Source: Felis catus (taxonomy: Eukaryota). From it: DNA of 64,000 nucleotides. How positions within the stretch are numbered: position 1 is the stretch's first letter; every line of letters starts with the position of its first letter. Below are positions 37,006 to 50,497 of this stretch, one piece after another. Where the stretch lies: the NCBI RefSeq assembly GCF_018350175.1, contig NC_058368.1, positions 25,856,001 to 25,920,000 on the forward strand, written 5' to 3'. The position numbers and the translations under genes are program-made. Under the pieces are notes generated by a model that saw nothing but the letters and a program-made list of their open reading frames with translations, was not told the origin of the DNA and searched no databases.

Positions 37006-37982
37006 TACTTAAAACCTTCTCCAACTCTGCCTGAGATTATTTTACATTAACTCGATGCCAAATCAGCCTTTACTGTGTGCCAAATGCTGGGAATATGAAT
37101 GCGCCTGAGACGGTCCTGAGACAGGTGAGATGGGTTCATAAATAATAACCACAACACAGCATGACTGGTGTTGGAGGCGTATGAAAGGTGATTTCAGAGT
37201 GTGGAGGAAGTTGGGGAAGGTTTTTGGAAGAAGTGTCTTGGGAGATGTTTAGGATTTTGGAAGAGATACTTTTGTAAGTCGGGGCGAAGAGGTGTGAGTA
37301 CAAGGTGAGTTCTAAAGATTGCACTTTCTGTTGCGACTGAAGCCGAGTAAGTGGAGGGTATGGGGGAAGAGTAGCATGAGAAAAGATACCGGCGTCTCAT
37401 TGAAGGATTCTGGGAAGTCATTCGTAGATTTTCCAGCAAGCTTGTGACCATTGGAGGATTATTTTTCGGTGGTGTCAGTGCACAGTGCCTATTGGAAGAG
37501 AGGGCTTAGGAACTGGAAGACAGTCTGGGAGGCTGTCAAAGTAATCTAGGTGAAGGATCAGGGTTTCAGAGCTGGATCACAGCCATAAGAAGATCACAGC
37601 CATAAGAAAGAAGAATTTGAGAGAAAATGTATTTCACAAGGTTGTTTTCCTGGTATAAAATTGATGGTGAAAAGCTGTATTGGGATAGTATTGTTTACAT
37701 TTCTAATGTTTGAAATAACAAGAAATGTCATCAAGGTTAGAGTAGCCATTCCTTTCTTTGATGCCTTTGAAGCATTGTATGGACATCTAATCTTACCAAT
37801 TATGTGTTCATTTGAAAAATATTTATTTGGTAGACTAGTCTTAATCTTTGTTAGTTTGCTTGAACTACTTTTCTTCCTAGAAGAGGTAGTTTCTACCCAA
37901 GTATTTGTGACATCATAGAGCAAATAAAAATTTAAAAAATTGTATAGTCGCAAATATTTATGGATTTCTTTTTGTTTCTTAG

Positions 37983-38065
37983 TTAAGCGTTCTTATTTTC
38001 CACGAAAATATGATGCAAAGTTCACTGACGTCAACTTCCCTCCCAGTAGAAAACAGAAGAAAAAG
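37983..38065 (+). CDS. NUFIP1: NUFIP1 coding exon 2 (83 nt)
   Basis: Acceptor tttcttag|TT; (V)KRSYFPRKYDAKFTDVNFPPSRKQKKK; donor AAG|GTATTT. Confidence 0.93.
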
Positions 38066-39859
38066 GTATTTTTAAAGATATTCTTGAATGGGACACTTCG
38101 GTCCCTATGTCACTGTTTCATGCCTTGCGTTTCTAATGTAACTGTTTCACTGTTTTGCATCCATTATTGACACAGTGGGGCCTTGCTATAATAGGATCTT
38201 TAAAGATCTTAGCCTTAAGTAAAAACTTTAAGCAAAATCTTTTTGAGAAGTAAATGGAGAAATTGTAGAAAGAGAAAACGTTGAATTCATTTCAATATAT
38301 TTTCAAAAATAAATATAACAGAATTGTGATTATGAGTAAATATAAATGTAATTAAACCTTGGTGAACTAAATATTTATATATTAGCAAATTGGAAGGGGA
38401 AGGATGGAATTTAGGGAGAAGAACAGAAGTCCAAACTTTCTCTTATAAAATTGAAAGTATGGAGCTAAGAACAAATTATAATGACATAAACTCTTTATTT
38501 TTCATTATCTTTTTCTTTTTGACACAGGGATCTTTTAGAAAAAAATACTTCTGTGATTGAAAAAAGAGCAGTTTCTTCTTCTTGTGTCAAAATGAATTAA
38601 ATTTAATGTTAATTTAAAATAGTTTATATTTAGTTTATCCTCTGTGCCTGAAGTTATGTCTGAAATTGTTCAGGCAAGATTTTTTTGTGTTATTATTGTT
38701 ACCTTATTTATGTATTTATCTTAATTCATTGTACTGCTTCAGTTCTTTTCAGTAGTAGATATTTATCATTTTTAGGAACAAAGTTATTGTTTTTTAAAAA
38801 TCAAGATCAACTCTTTGTTGTGCTTCAGGGACCAAATCTTAAAATAGGCTGCTTTCTGAGGAAATTTATAAATCTGGTCTGTTTTAAAGATGTGCATTAA
38901 TTAGTGTCAGGGCATCTGACTGGCTCAGTTGGTAGAGCATGTGACTCTTGATCTTGGGGTTGTAAATTTGAACCCCGTGTTGGGTGTGGTGATTACTTAA
39001 AAATAAAATCTGGAAAACAAATAATGTCATTAGTTTAGAATGAGTTGAATAAAGTCTACAGCATGAAATTAGTATTCCTCATTTTGACATGAAAACTGTA
39101 TAGCTAATACTAACAAAATATTGTACAAGTATATTAACATAATCCCAATGTTAAACAATAGAAGGCCATTTCCTAGTCTCATTGTAAATAATTTTTTTGT
39201 TTTAAATTTAAGAATAAAAATAGCAAATTGGGAATAAGTAACTGACCTTTACTAAGTGATTCTTTTTTGGGGTTAAAAAAATCTGATATAGTTGTTTTTC
39301 CTAAAAGTTGAAATGCTGTTTTGTTTTTAATTTTTTTATTTTTAACATTTATTCATCTTTGAGAGACAGAGAGCTAGAGTGTGAGTGGGGGAGGGGCAGA
39401 GAGGGAGGGAGACAAAGAATCTGAAGCAGGCTCTAGGGTCTGAGTTGTCAGCACAGAATCCGATGCAGGGCTCGAACCCATGAACCTCAAAATTGTGACC
39501 TGAGCTGAAGTCAGACGTTTAACTAACTGAGCCACCCAGGTGCCCCAAAATGCTGTTTTACCATGAGTATTGATTAGACCATTTTGACATATGCTGTGCC
39601 CTTAATTAGATTACCAATTTGATCTACTCACAGTTTATATTCTACTCAGATTTAACAATTTTTTTGTAATGCTTGTTTTTCCTAATATATTTCCTATAGA
39701 AAACAAAACAGAATTATCCTTTCATTAGAAACGTATTCAGAAGTTTTCCCCACATACAGGGATTATGTGAGAAAGTACATACTACTGAGAGGATAGTTAT
39801 ATTTTCATCATTGAGTAAACATTTTTTATCAAAAATCTAATGCTTGTTTTTGTTTGCAG

Positions 39860-39958
39860 AAAAGAAAGGAACCAGTTTTTCACTGTTTTTGTGATACCTG
39901 TGATCGTGGTTTTAAAAATCAAGAGAAGTATGATAAACACATGTCTGAACATACAAAA
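39860..39958 (+). CDS. NUFIP1: NUFIP1 coding exon 3 (99 nt), C2H2 zinc finger
   Basis: Acceptor tttgcag|[36 protein letters not shown] (C-x2-C-x12-H-x3-H); donor AAA|GTAGGT. Confidence 0.96.
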
Positions 39959-40696
39959 GTAGGTTTTTCTTGGTTGCCCTGAAGTGTCTTTAACACAATG
40001 AGTCTATTTGGTAGAAATTCTGAGCTTTTTTTCCTTAAAAGTTTGCAGTTTTCATAGAAATGTCATTTGATGTCTTGACACATTGAGATAGGGACCCTGG
40101 GATTTGCAGTTGGAGGGTGGGGAGCCTACCGCTTCAGGAAGAGGCAAGATGGCAGTAAAGAAAGGAGGTCTGACAACTGTGAGTGCTACCTCCTCTGCTT
40201 GGTAAGAGTGCTGGGCCTCACCCCAGTTGCTCTTTGTACCTTTGTGTGTTTTTTCCCCTTTAAGGCTGCCCTTGACCATTTAATCACACTGTGTAATTTG
40301 CCATGGCCCATCACTCTCTAAGGTTGGTCTGGACCTTATTAAGTACTTTAAAAAAAATGCTCTTAATTTGGAAAGGTTCCTTTTCAGTTTATAGGAATGC
40401 CTCTTCAACTTTAGGAGTTAAGAAAATTTTATAACATTGCCGATGTCACGTATATACTAAGTAGAGAAGTAAATGATATGTGTTACTGTACTATATGCTT
40501 TGAGAATGTCATTCCTTTTTAAATACAACCTGGTTTGGAGTGCTCTTTATTTTGCTATTGACATAGTTTGGGATGCTGTCTATCCCACATAGATGGGATA
40601 ACTATGTAGTTCAGTGAGATTATGTTTGAATATGCAGTAGTAGGGTAAAATTAACATAGAAAACATTGAATAGTCTTTTTCTTTAAACTCTTGCAG

Positions 40697-40759
40697 TGTC
40701 CTGAGGTAGATTGTTCTTTCAGTGCACATGAGAAGATTGTCCAGTTCCATTGGAGAAAT
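40697..40759 (+). CDS. NUFIP1: NUFIP1 coding exon 4 (63 nt), second zinc-finger-like unit
   Basis: Acceptor cttgcag|[24 protein letters not shown]; donor AAT|GTAAGT. Confidence 0.96.
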
Positions 40760-41541
40760 GTAAGTTCTTGTGTGAATGTTTGTTTTGTTTTTTTAATTCA
40801 CGTTCTTTTTAATTCATTGATTTGTTATCTTCAGAGCTCTTCATTTACATAGCCTAGTAATAAGTAACATGGAGTACTTTGTATTATTCAGTTTTATCTT
40901 CACAGACCACTATGTGAAATAGATAAATATTGGCCAGAATTAACGTTTAAAAAAAAAAAAAAAAAGATTTACCGAGCGCTTTAGAACTGATTCCTGCACT
41001 TGAGTTTCTTGACCACAAATTCTTTGCTTGCTTTATTACGCCATGCTGCTTCAAATCGTTCTGTGTATTCATTATTTCTTTAGCTACCTCAATTTTGGGT
41101 GAGGGTCATTCATTTGGGTACATGACATTAGTTATGGGTGATATACCTACTTTGTAACCAAAATTGCATTACTCCTTTTTTCCTTATCAATTGCACTAAT
41201 CTGAACACATGAGAAATTATCCCTTTTTCTTTAAAGGGAAAGTCATAATATGGGTGGATAAAACCTGCTTACTTAGTTTTAAATTTGTCTCTGCTAGTAA
41301 ATTTAATGTTGAATACAGAGTCTCCATTATCCCCCATAATTGAAATTTAGTCAGAAACATACGATGTGAGGAGGCCTGGCTGGCTCAGTCAGTAGAGTGT
41401 GCGACTCTTGATCTCAGAGTTGTGAGTTCAAGCCCCACGTGGGCGTGGAGCCTGCTTAAAAATAAAAAAAGATTAAAAAAAACCCAAAACCCAAACATGT
41501 ACAATATGCTTCCTGATGTTCATCAGGCTTTTTCTCCCTAG

Positions 41542-41618
41542 ATGCATGCTCCTGGTATGAAGAAGATCAAGTTAGACACTCCAGAGGAGATTGCAAGATG
41601 GAGGGAAGAAAGAAGGAA
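41542..41618 (+). CDS. NUFIP1: NUFIP1 coding exon 5 (77 nt), start of PEP (SNU13-binding, Rsa1-like) domain
   Basis: Acceptor ctccctag|ATG; MHAPGMKKIKLDTPEEIARWREERR(K); donor GAA|GTGAGT; phase 2. Confidence 0.96.
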
Positions 41619-42276
41619 GTGAGTCAAGAGTTCAGAACTAGTGATGTAATTTTTTCTTCTGTGTCAAGGCTGAGTACTTCCAAATAATGGCCATTCTGGC
41701 TCTAATGAGTAATTTGAAAAAGGAAATTTGGTGTTTTTTAACATTGCAAATATTCATCTGAAAATGACTAGTACTGACTAATTTTGCTGTTCTTCCGAGT
41801 TGGTATACAGTGACTTTGAGATTGTTACTTGATGTTTCAAATATAAGCATTACAGTTTTATTAGGGTAGTTTTGATTCATTGAATTCCCTTATGATGTTG
41901 GTGCTAGGGGATAGGACAGTAAGCTATATTATATGAGGCTATTATTGAATAAGTTTTTAGAAAACCTAATAGGAGTTCTTTGTAAATGACTGGTTACATG
42001 ATGGGACTGTAGTCTACTCTTTGAGGGGAGCTACTACATGCCCCCTGTGTCAGAAGTGCAATGTCGAGGCAGTAATGAGTGGGTACTCTTACTAAAAAAA
42101 TATATAATGCTTTGCTGTGTTTTTCCTTTGATTTTTTTTTTCCCCAGCAAAAATTTGTTGACTGACTGCAGCATGCTAGGTAGAGGGAGTACAACAATGA
42201 TACACGGGTTTATCCTTAATTATAAAAGGCCAGGAATTCTTTCCTTTAAGTAATGTCTAAGAAATTTGGCCATGTG

Positions 42277-42499
42277 GGGGCGCCTGGGTGGCGCAGTCGG
42301 TTAAGCGTCCGACTTCAGCCAGGTCACGATCTCGCGGTCCGTGAGTTCGAGCCCCGCGTCGGGCTCTGGGCTGATGGCTCGGAGCCTGGAGCCTGTTTCC
42401 GATTCTGTGTCTCCCTCTCTCTCTGCCCCTCCCCCGTTCATGCTCTGTCTCTCTCTGTCCCCAAAATAAATAAAAAACGTTGAAAAAAAAAATTAAAAA
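42277..42499 (+). mobile_element. Very young felid CAN-SINE
   Basis: CpGs intact; perfect 18-bp TSD aagaaatttggccatgtg at 42259..42276 and 42500..42517. Confidence 0.96.
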
Positions 42500-42959
42500 A
42501 AGAAATTTGGCCATGTGACTTAGGGCTTTATGCTTATTAAGGAAGAACATTTACTAGATGTCTAGCTAGGATATTCTATGAAAAACCCCAGTGGGACACT
42601 GTTTTATTGTCTTCTCAGAAAGGACTATAATATCATCCTGAAGCTGAAGCTAAGGCAGAACTCTTAGAATGGTCAGACGCATTTTGAAGTCAAACAGTGT
42701 TTTTCTGGCATTAAAAAATGAAGAGAGCCTGAGATGAAAAAGGGGATAGTTCTCTTCTAAGGTCAAGAAAGATACTTGAAACTTTTGACTGGCGGGTCAA
42801 ATTTTTACTTTGTTCAGCTTAATTTAAGATTTTAGTTTATTTTTAAATTCAACATTTTTATGTGTAATGAATTATTTGAGACGGTGTACTTTATGAAAAA
42901 AAGAATGTTAGTCAAATTATAGGTATTTGTTATCTTCACTACCATCATCCTTAAAGCTG

Positions 42960-43869
42960 CCTTGAGTACGGTGTGAGGTTGAGTAAATGTCCCAGTGAAA
43001 CACACCCTAGAGTTACCTTACACTTTATATAGCACTCACTGTCGCGCTTTTAAACTTCTTAAAATACATGTTTTTGTTTTTTTTTTTAATTATTTGAGCA
43101 TAGTTAACATACAATGCTATATTAGTTTCAGGTGTACAGCGTAGTGATTAAACAGGTTTATATGTTTTGCTCACCAGAGTGTAGCTGTCACCTGTCGCCA
43201 TGCAATGCCGTTACAGTGCCATTGGCTGTATTCCTGTGCTGTACCTTTTAGCCCTGTGACTTAGTCATTGCATACTTGGAAGCCTGCATCTCCCACTCCC
43301 CTTCACTCATTTTACCCATCCCTCCACCCACCTCCCCCCTGGCAACCATCAGTTTGTTATCTGTATGTGTATAGGGAACTTTTTGTTTATTATTTAATTT
43401 GCTTAATTTTTCAGATTCCACATATAAGTGAGATCATATGGTATTTGTCTTTTTCTGACTTACTTCACTTACCATAATCCCCTTCAGGTCTTAAGTTTTT
43501 AGTTTAAATCCACTTACCTGTAGTATTGTGCCAGACGTTATACTATTAGGTGAAAAAGTTAGTTACTGCCCGTTAAAGCTTCGGAGGTAATTCTGAGGGA
43601 AGCCCGCTAAACATAAAGATTTGGAGCCAACTGAGAGCAAATAGAATTTAGTAGATGTGTGTAGTTGTGTCGGTTATTAATACAGTGTGCAGAGATGGAG
43701 AGGGTGAAGGGATAATCAGAAGAATTGAATCTTTAAGCAAGTAGAGTGTAGCCATGGGTTGATACATACCTTGGGTACGGTGTGAGGTTGTGACTGAATG
43801 TTCCAATGAAATACACCCCAGAGTTATCTTATGCTCTCTACAGCACTCACTGTCTCACTTTTAAACTTC
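42960..43869 (+). repeat. Dispersed direct repeat, two ~100-bp copies (42960..43058 and 43769..43869)
   Basis: Manual alignment: about 15 substitutions plus a 2-nt gap over 101 columns (roughly 83% identity). Confidence 0.9.
43075..43490 (-). mobile_element. Carnivore L1 3'UTR fragment
   Basis: T-rich tail then ttagtttcaggtgtaca...cagattccacatataagtgagatcatatggtatttgtc. Confidence 0.85.
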
Positions 43870-45199
43870 AGCATGGACTTGGATTTAATAGAATTTCAGT
43901 CTCATCTTTGGCTCACAAACGAAGGAGTTTAGGCCTCTCGGAGAGAGTATACTAGAATGCCTTTTTCTCTTTATCTCCTTAGCAGAATCTTACTATCTTG
44001 AAAGACTGTCTTAAATGTCACTTGGTTTGTCACTCTTTCTCAGTCTTCATTTCCTTTATCTCGGTGGTGCCAGAGTGCTAGTCTGTAACAAGTTAAGGAA
44101 CTTGTACCAGAATGTGAATTTATTCATTACTTTTATTATTCAGAAAATCTTGCTAGGGAAAAGATGGCAGCTGATCTAAACATTTTGCTGAGCGACAGAG
44201 TTGACGTATACTCTGGCATCAGCGTGTGGACTGGCTGCCAGTCCATGGCCTGCCCTAACGTAAAGCACTATTTGCTACCTCGTTTGTGAAGACGTAGCTT
44301 ATTAATACGACCACAGTAGCGCGTGTTGCCTTCTATTATAGTTGGCCCTAGTCTTGGACATCTTTGATTCTGCTGCACTTCGCACTGTGCCTGGAGCTTA
44401 GTATGTGGAGGATAAATGCTTGTTGATCGAATTTCTTTTTGTTGTTGTTGTTGATTGAATTCCTGTTAAGTGGTGCAGAGTAGGAAGACCCAGTCTTGGC
44501 ATGAGGGAGCCAGTTGCATTATCAAAGTAGGACCATGATGTAGTTTGACTTGGTGAAGAATTTTGAAGCATTTTATCAAGTATATGGTTTTTTTGTTGTT
44601 TTGTTTTGTTTTGTTTTGCTTCTTCGTTTTAGTCACCTGGTTTAATGTTTTTCTGATTATTTTACACAGAGGAATAGTAAAACAAGAGGAGTTAACTCTG
44701 CTTTCTGTCTGATATTTAGTTTTTCAGGAGCTGATGCTACCAGTGTTGAAGATTGTATCCTGCTAGTTGGGGTGGAAATGGCCTGACTGCTAAAACACTA
44801 ACATAGTCCCCTTACTACTTAGCCCTGACTTTGATCATTTGCAAGTTAGTGTAGCTCAGTGGTGCCAGCCCCTTTCATAAATGTTTAATTCTTTTGAGGA
44901 GAGTAGCAATGGCTGCTAGTCAGAAAAGATTATAAAGCAACTAAGAAGTTAACTAAGTAAACTTAGTTGTTGAATCTCTCAAGTTTTGAGTTCACTTAAG
45001 TCAGTAGGAAAAGTCTGATGAGTTTCTGATTTGTCAGCTTTGGTTCTCTTATCTGTAGTCAGTGTATAAACGGAGTCATTATATGAACTTTGGGAATATT
45101 AGACCACTATTATATTAATGGCCACCACCTTCGTTGACTCTCTGCTACAAGTCTAGCTATTTTACTGTCTCACAATCCTTCCTTCCTTCTCAGCCTGTA

Positions 45200-46700
45200 A
45201 GAGAAGGACCTCAATCTGGTCTGGAGGAGTGCAGTGTTCCTTGACAAAGGGGAAGTTGAGCTAAACTCAGATCTAACTAGGAAAAGATGAGGGGAGGCAG
45301 AGAGTAGTGTCCAGATGGACTGGCATGTTCAAGGGACTTGAGTATAGGTAAGAGATGATAGAAGCTCTTGAAAGATGGCAGTGTTACAGACAGAGAGAAC
45401 TAGGTGGGTACAGAACATTTGGGAGATAAATGGGCACTATTTGGTGATAGAATGTGAGGTAGAGGAGGAAACAGGTTTTGAGGAGACTTCCAAGTTCCTG
45501 AGAGGAACTTGGCGAATCTGAGAGGCGAATCCTGGAAGAGGGTGTGGAGATACTGATTTTGGACATTGTTCAGTATGAGGAGATTCTGAGATACTTGAAG
45601 ATGTTGCGTAGATATTGGGACTTGGACTGGACTGGGCTGGAGATAGATATTTTTAAATCATGAAATTACAAGTGTAAAGACATTCTCCCCAGAGAGGACA
45701 GAGAGTACAGAGTGAAAGGAGAAGGCAGCCTAACAGGATAAAAACCAACAAGACTGCTGAGTTGAGAGCCAGAGAGGTAGAAGAGAGCTAAGAACATGAC
45801 ATGTCACAGAAGCCAGTGGACAGGAGAATTTTAAGAAGGAAGATGTGGTTAGTAGTAGCAGTGTAGTTTGCTGTGGAAAGGTCAGATAAAGCAAGAACAA
45901 AAAGTGATTTTTTGATTTTGTGACATGTAGGGCCTCCTTGATGTGGACACAGGTGATTGATTGCTCCTTGGCTCTCCTTTTGAGTTTCCTGCCATCTGTC
46001 TACACAGATATCTGCAGTTCTGACACCCTCCCCAGTGATTCCTAACAAGATGGTTGCAGCTGCCTTTGCCACCTGCCCTTGACATATTTGATGCTCCAAC
46101 AGAAGTGTGTATACTTTGAATTCCCCTGACTTTTTGAGACTCAGATTGTAATAGTTCATTCAGTACCTTTTCATATTCAGATTTCCAGTGTCCTTCACCT
46201 CTGTGCATGCAATTTTAGCCTCTTTTGTGGTCATTCTCTGGACTTTTTGTCCTGAAAATCTTAAAGTTGGGCATACTCCTCTTTTCTAATTTTTTTAAAG
46301 TGTTTTTTTTTTGTTTTTTTTTTTTTTAAGTAATCTCTACACCCAATGTAGGGCTTGAACTCACAACCCCCAAATCAGGAGTCACATGCTCTACTGACTG
46401 AGCCAGCCAGGCTCCCCTGGGCATACTCCTCTTTGATCATAACCTCCATTCTGTTCAGCTCTGTTACCTCTGCCTGGTCTGGGACTAGTTGAGACCTCCC
46501 ATCCCTTACCCCTTTTACTTTCTTCTTCCATCATCCTCTCTGTCTTCCCTTCGCTTCAGCTCCTCTGGTTAATATCTCAGCTCCTTATTCCTTCATCCTT
46601 CGTTGTAGCCACCTGGCAAAAATGTCGGCTCTGGCTCAGGTGCTGAGCGCCGCTCAAGAAAATCACACCGTCGAAGTGTTCTCTGCAAGGAACTGACTTA
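45200..46700. mobile_element. L2 fragments in both orientations
   Basis: Purine-rich L2-like part (gattttggacattg, gggctggagatag) then a pyrimidine-rich part. Confidence 0.5.
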
Positions 46701-48154
46701 ACTGATGAGAAGGCTGGGTCATTTTCTTAGTACTTGTTCCTTGTTGTGCAAAATTAGATGTTCAATAGGCATACATTTCTTGGTTATATAGGTGACTATG
46801 TAGAATAAAATTTCAATAAATTTGTTAAACTGATTTTATTTAGTTTAGCCAACAAAGATGCCAGTAAAAACAGCTCCTTAAAAGTGGCAGTTAGGATTCT
46901 GTAATGTGGGCTTAACATGCATTTTCTGATTATTTCCACATTTCTTGCTCCTAGGAGCTCTTTGTCCCGGCAAGACCTGTTACTAAGCGTCTCCCAAACA
47001 GGTTTTCTGGCCTTTCAGCTTCAGTTTTGCTCATGTGGTTACTTCTAGAAAAATCTTACCTACTCTATCTTTGAGTTTTGCCCTTAGATCAGCTAAATCC
47101 TGCCTCTTGAGGGCTTTTTTCCCCTCCATCTGGCTAGAGGACTATCTTGTCCTTCTTTTCTGTCTGCCACTTTAATACAGATGTCCCTTATGATCCTATT
47201 AATGAACTTCTTTGCATATGTGTCTTTTAAAAAAAAAAAAAAACTAAATTATAGTCTTTAGAAATATAAATATGTGGCTGTTTTACCTCCTGGTGCCATA
47301 GATCTAAGGGATGTTTGTAAATGTTGGTATATGTTTATGGGACTGGAAAATGTTTTTATTATGGGTGTAATTCTCTTATGGTATATCCAAGTAAGTGTTT
47401 GTAGAAATTTTGCTGAGATTCATATTTTTAATTCCTGTTTTAAACCATACCTTTGTTGTTTTTATTTATTTATTTTTTTACTTTTGTCGTTTTTAAAGAA
47501 ATTGGGCAGAAATGTGTTGATCTGATTAATAATTGTGGTTGGAAGCCAGTAATAATAGCTAATAGTACTTAAACTTCTGTGGTTTTGAACATTAAATTCT
47601 CACCACATAGGACAGACCATCACTAGACCAGCCAAATTGATGTGTGTCTGAATGCATTTCTTTTCTAAAGTAGCTTTCCCCACGTGCATATGAACTATGC
47701 CCCCTTGTGGTTTTGTGTAAAAAATGCTTTAGCCTTTGAAGATGAAAACCAGCTTAGGTAGCATGTGTAGAATCCCTAGTAGAAGGCTAGTTTGACTTTC
47801 TAATGGTAGCAAGAAATCCTAGTACCCTTTGAATTTATGTTAACGTGTGTTTGACTAACTTCTTGACAATCGGTTAGCTTAAAAACTAGAAACATTCAGT
47901 ATTTCAAAAGGCAAACATTGTATGTGGCTGAGGTCACCAAAAACTTAAAGCAGTAGACACTTGCCTTTCAGACTCTTAACCTAATATGAGCTCTAAGATA
48001 AATATATGTGAGGTGGCCATGAGACCACAGGCAACTAAAGGCTGAATTTTAGCCATGTAGGGATAATAATGACTGGTTAAGGTGTACTTGGAATCTTTGG
48101 AAGGCAGGCAGGGTTACTAATTTGTTTTACAAATTAGTTTTTACTCGTCCCCAT

Positions 48155-48760
48155 TGATTTTAAGGTATGTTGTCTACACAGTGAAATTCATCCTTTTTAA
48201 TGCATAGTTCTGACAGATGTGTATAGTCGTGTGATCACCACCACAGTCAAGGTATAGCACTATTCCATTATCCCCCCACATCCCCTCATGCCCGATGTGG
48301 TCAACTTCTAGCCCAGCTCTAGCCCCTGACAACCGCTGATACATTTCTCGTTGATGTGTTTGTGCCTTTGCAGAATATCGTGTCGATGGAATCATACGGT
48401 GTGTGACTTTTTGAGTCTGACTCTTGCTTATTAGCACAGTGCCTTTGAGATTCATTTATATTGTTGTATGTGGTAGTGGTTCGTCCCTTTCTGTTGCTGT
48501 GCTGTTCCACTGTATGGATGTACCACAATTTGTTCATTTACTTCTCAGCTGAGGGACATTGGGATGTTACCAGTATTTGGCAATTATGAGTAAAGCTTTT
48601 GTAAACATTGATGTACAGGTCTTTGTTTTGTTTAGACTTTTTTTTTTTTTTTTTGACTCGGGTAAATACCTGAGAGTGGGATTGATTTGTCATAGGATGA
48701 GCATATGTATAACTTTATAAGAAGCGTATGTTTAACTTTATAAGGAACTGCTTTTAGGAG
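48155..48760 (-). mobile_element. L1M 3' fragment
   Basis: Reverse strand gives the L1M-type MNKLWYIHTVE pseudo-ORF; ggaatcatac...gagattcat...gggtaaatacctgagagtgggattg. Confidence 0.8.
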
Positions 48761-49699
48761 GCAAGTTTTTAAATCCAGATATGCCTAGTTGGGCATGGAC
48801 AGCATTCGGATCAAAGAGGATGGCTCGGATGCACTGGTGATTACATCAGTTAGGATCCTGTTTCAGTAAATGGATCAGCAACCTTACTATCTTAGCTTAG
48901 CACAAAGAGGTCTATTTTTCCCAAGTGGAAAAAAAAGTCTGGGGCTACTGCTGCTTAGCAGCACCATCAGGCACATTTTCTTCCTTGTTGCCCCTTAGTA
49001 GGTGGCTTTCTTCATGTCCACTAGAAGGTTCCTGCATATCCAAATATTAAGCCCTCATTCTAGGCAAGACGACAAGAAAAAGGCAAAAGACACACAAAGC
49101 TGAGTTTGCCTCTTTTCGTTGGCAGAACAGTAGCTCTGTTTTTAGACCCGACCAAGAGACTCCCACGTAGCGCTCATTGGCTATAAGTGGGTTGCTTGAC
49201 CACTTTTAGTGACGACAGAGTTGGTGGAGCATCCCCAAATGAAATTGTTAAGGAAGAGGGGAGAACAGGCAGTTCGTAGTGTTTGCCTCGGTGCTTGGTG
49301 GCCAAGTTTAAAGCTCCTTGAATTTCAAAACTCTTTTTTTTTTTTTTTTTTTTAAATTTCAAACCTCTTAAGTGGTATTTGGAAGCAGCTCTGTCCTGAA
49401 TAAAGGATGGACTTGAACAAGTGTTTAATATGCTTATTGGTGATGATTTTTATGTAAGATAGGTGGGGGCAGAGGGGATAGAGTATAGTTCTAGTTTTTA
49501 GAATGTAGGCTGAAAGTATCCCATGACAGTGGACAGAAATGCCTTGGGAAAGGAATGAGTCAACCTGTGGAGTGAATAAATGAAGTTACGGATTTGTGAA
49601 ATTTAGAGATGTTGAAAGAGAATGAGGATATTGGGTGAGGATGACAACTTGGGATGAAGTTTATACCTGTGATGTTGCCTTATTAATAAAGTGCTCTGT

Positions 49700-49915
49700 G
49701 GGGCACCTGGGTGTCTCAGTCGGTTAAGCGTCCAACTTCAGCTCAGGTCATGATCTCATAGTCTGTGGGTTCGAGCCCCGCATCGGGCTCTGTGCTGACA
49801 GCTCAGAGCCGGGAGCCTGCTTCGGATTCTGTGTCTCCCTCTCTCTCTGCCCCTCCCCTGCTCATGCTCTGTCTCTCTCTGTCGCAAAAATAAATAAAAA
49901 CATTAAAAAAAAAAA
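49700..49915 (+). mobile_element. CAN-SINE
   Basis: TSD aataaagtgctctg. Confidence 0.93.
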
Positions 49916-50497
49916 TAAAGTGCTCTGAGATGATCCCTTCGCACTTGCTGATTCATCTGAGGTTATTCCATATCTTGTTCCTCAAGTTCTTTCTCTGAAA
50001 ATATTCATACATTGTTTCTCTAAGTGTACTTTATTAATAAAAAGCATGGGAAACATTTCTTTTTCGGTACATTTGATAGATCTCTTAAGAGTATGTGAAT
50101 ATTCTTTCCACTAGCAGTTTTTAAAAAACCAATTATAAAAATATATTTACGTTTTAAAATTCTATCATTCTCTATTAAAAAATGTTATTTGAAGGCCTAA
50201 AAAGAATAAATTTCACATCAATGTGGCAGAATAATCCTTATGTCTTGAATTTTATCTTTTGAGTGTTACCTTCTTTCTGAGGAAGGCATTGTATTCTTTG
50301 ACATACAGGGAAGGTAAAGCCTTTATGTAATTGCTATGTTAAAAAACGTTGTAAAAGATTTTCGTACAGTAAGAATTTTGGAGTTGGAAGAAAATGCTGA
50401 AGATTTGGTTTATCTTTAAAGGAAGTACATCTTTACGTTTATTCCTTTATCCAGCCAAACTTGGAGATGCCTACTGTGTTTAAAAACTTTAGGGGTT

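Larger units (their letters stand above)
38909..41490. mobile_element. CAN-SINEs in NUFIP1 introns 2 and 4 (short 38909..39010 +, 39326..39546 -, short 41370..41490 +)
   Basis: Consensus heads; TSD aaatgctgtttt on the 39326 copy. Confidence 0.88.
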
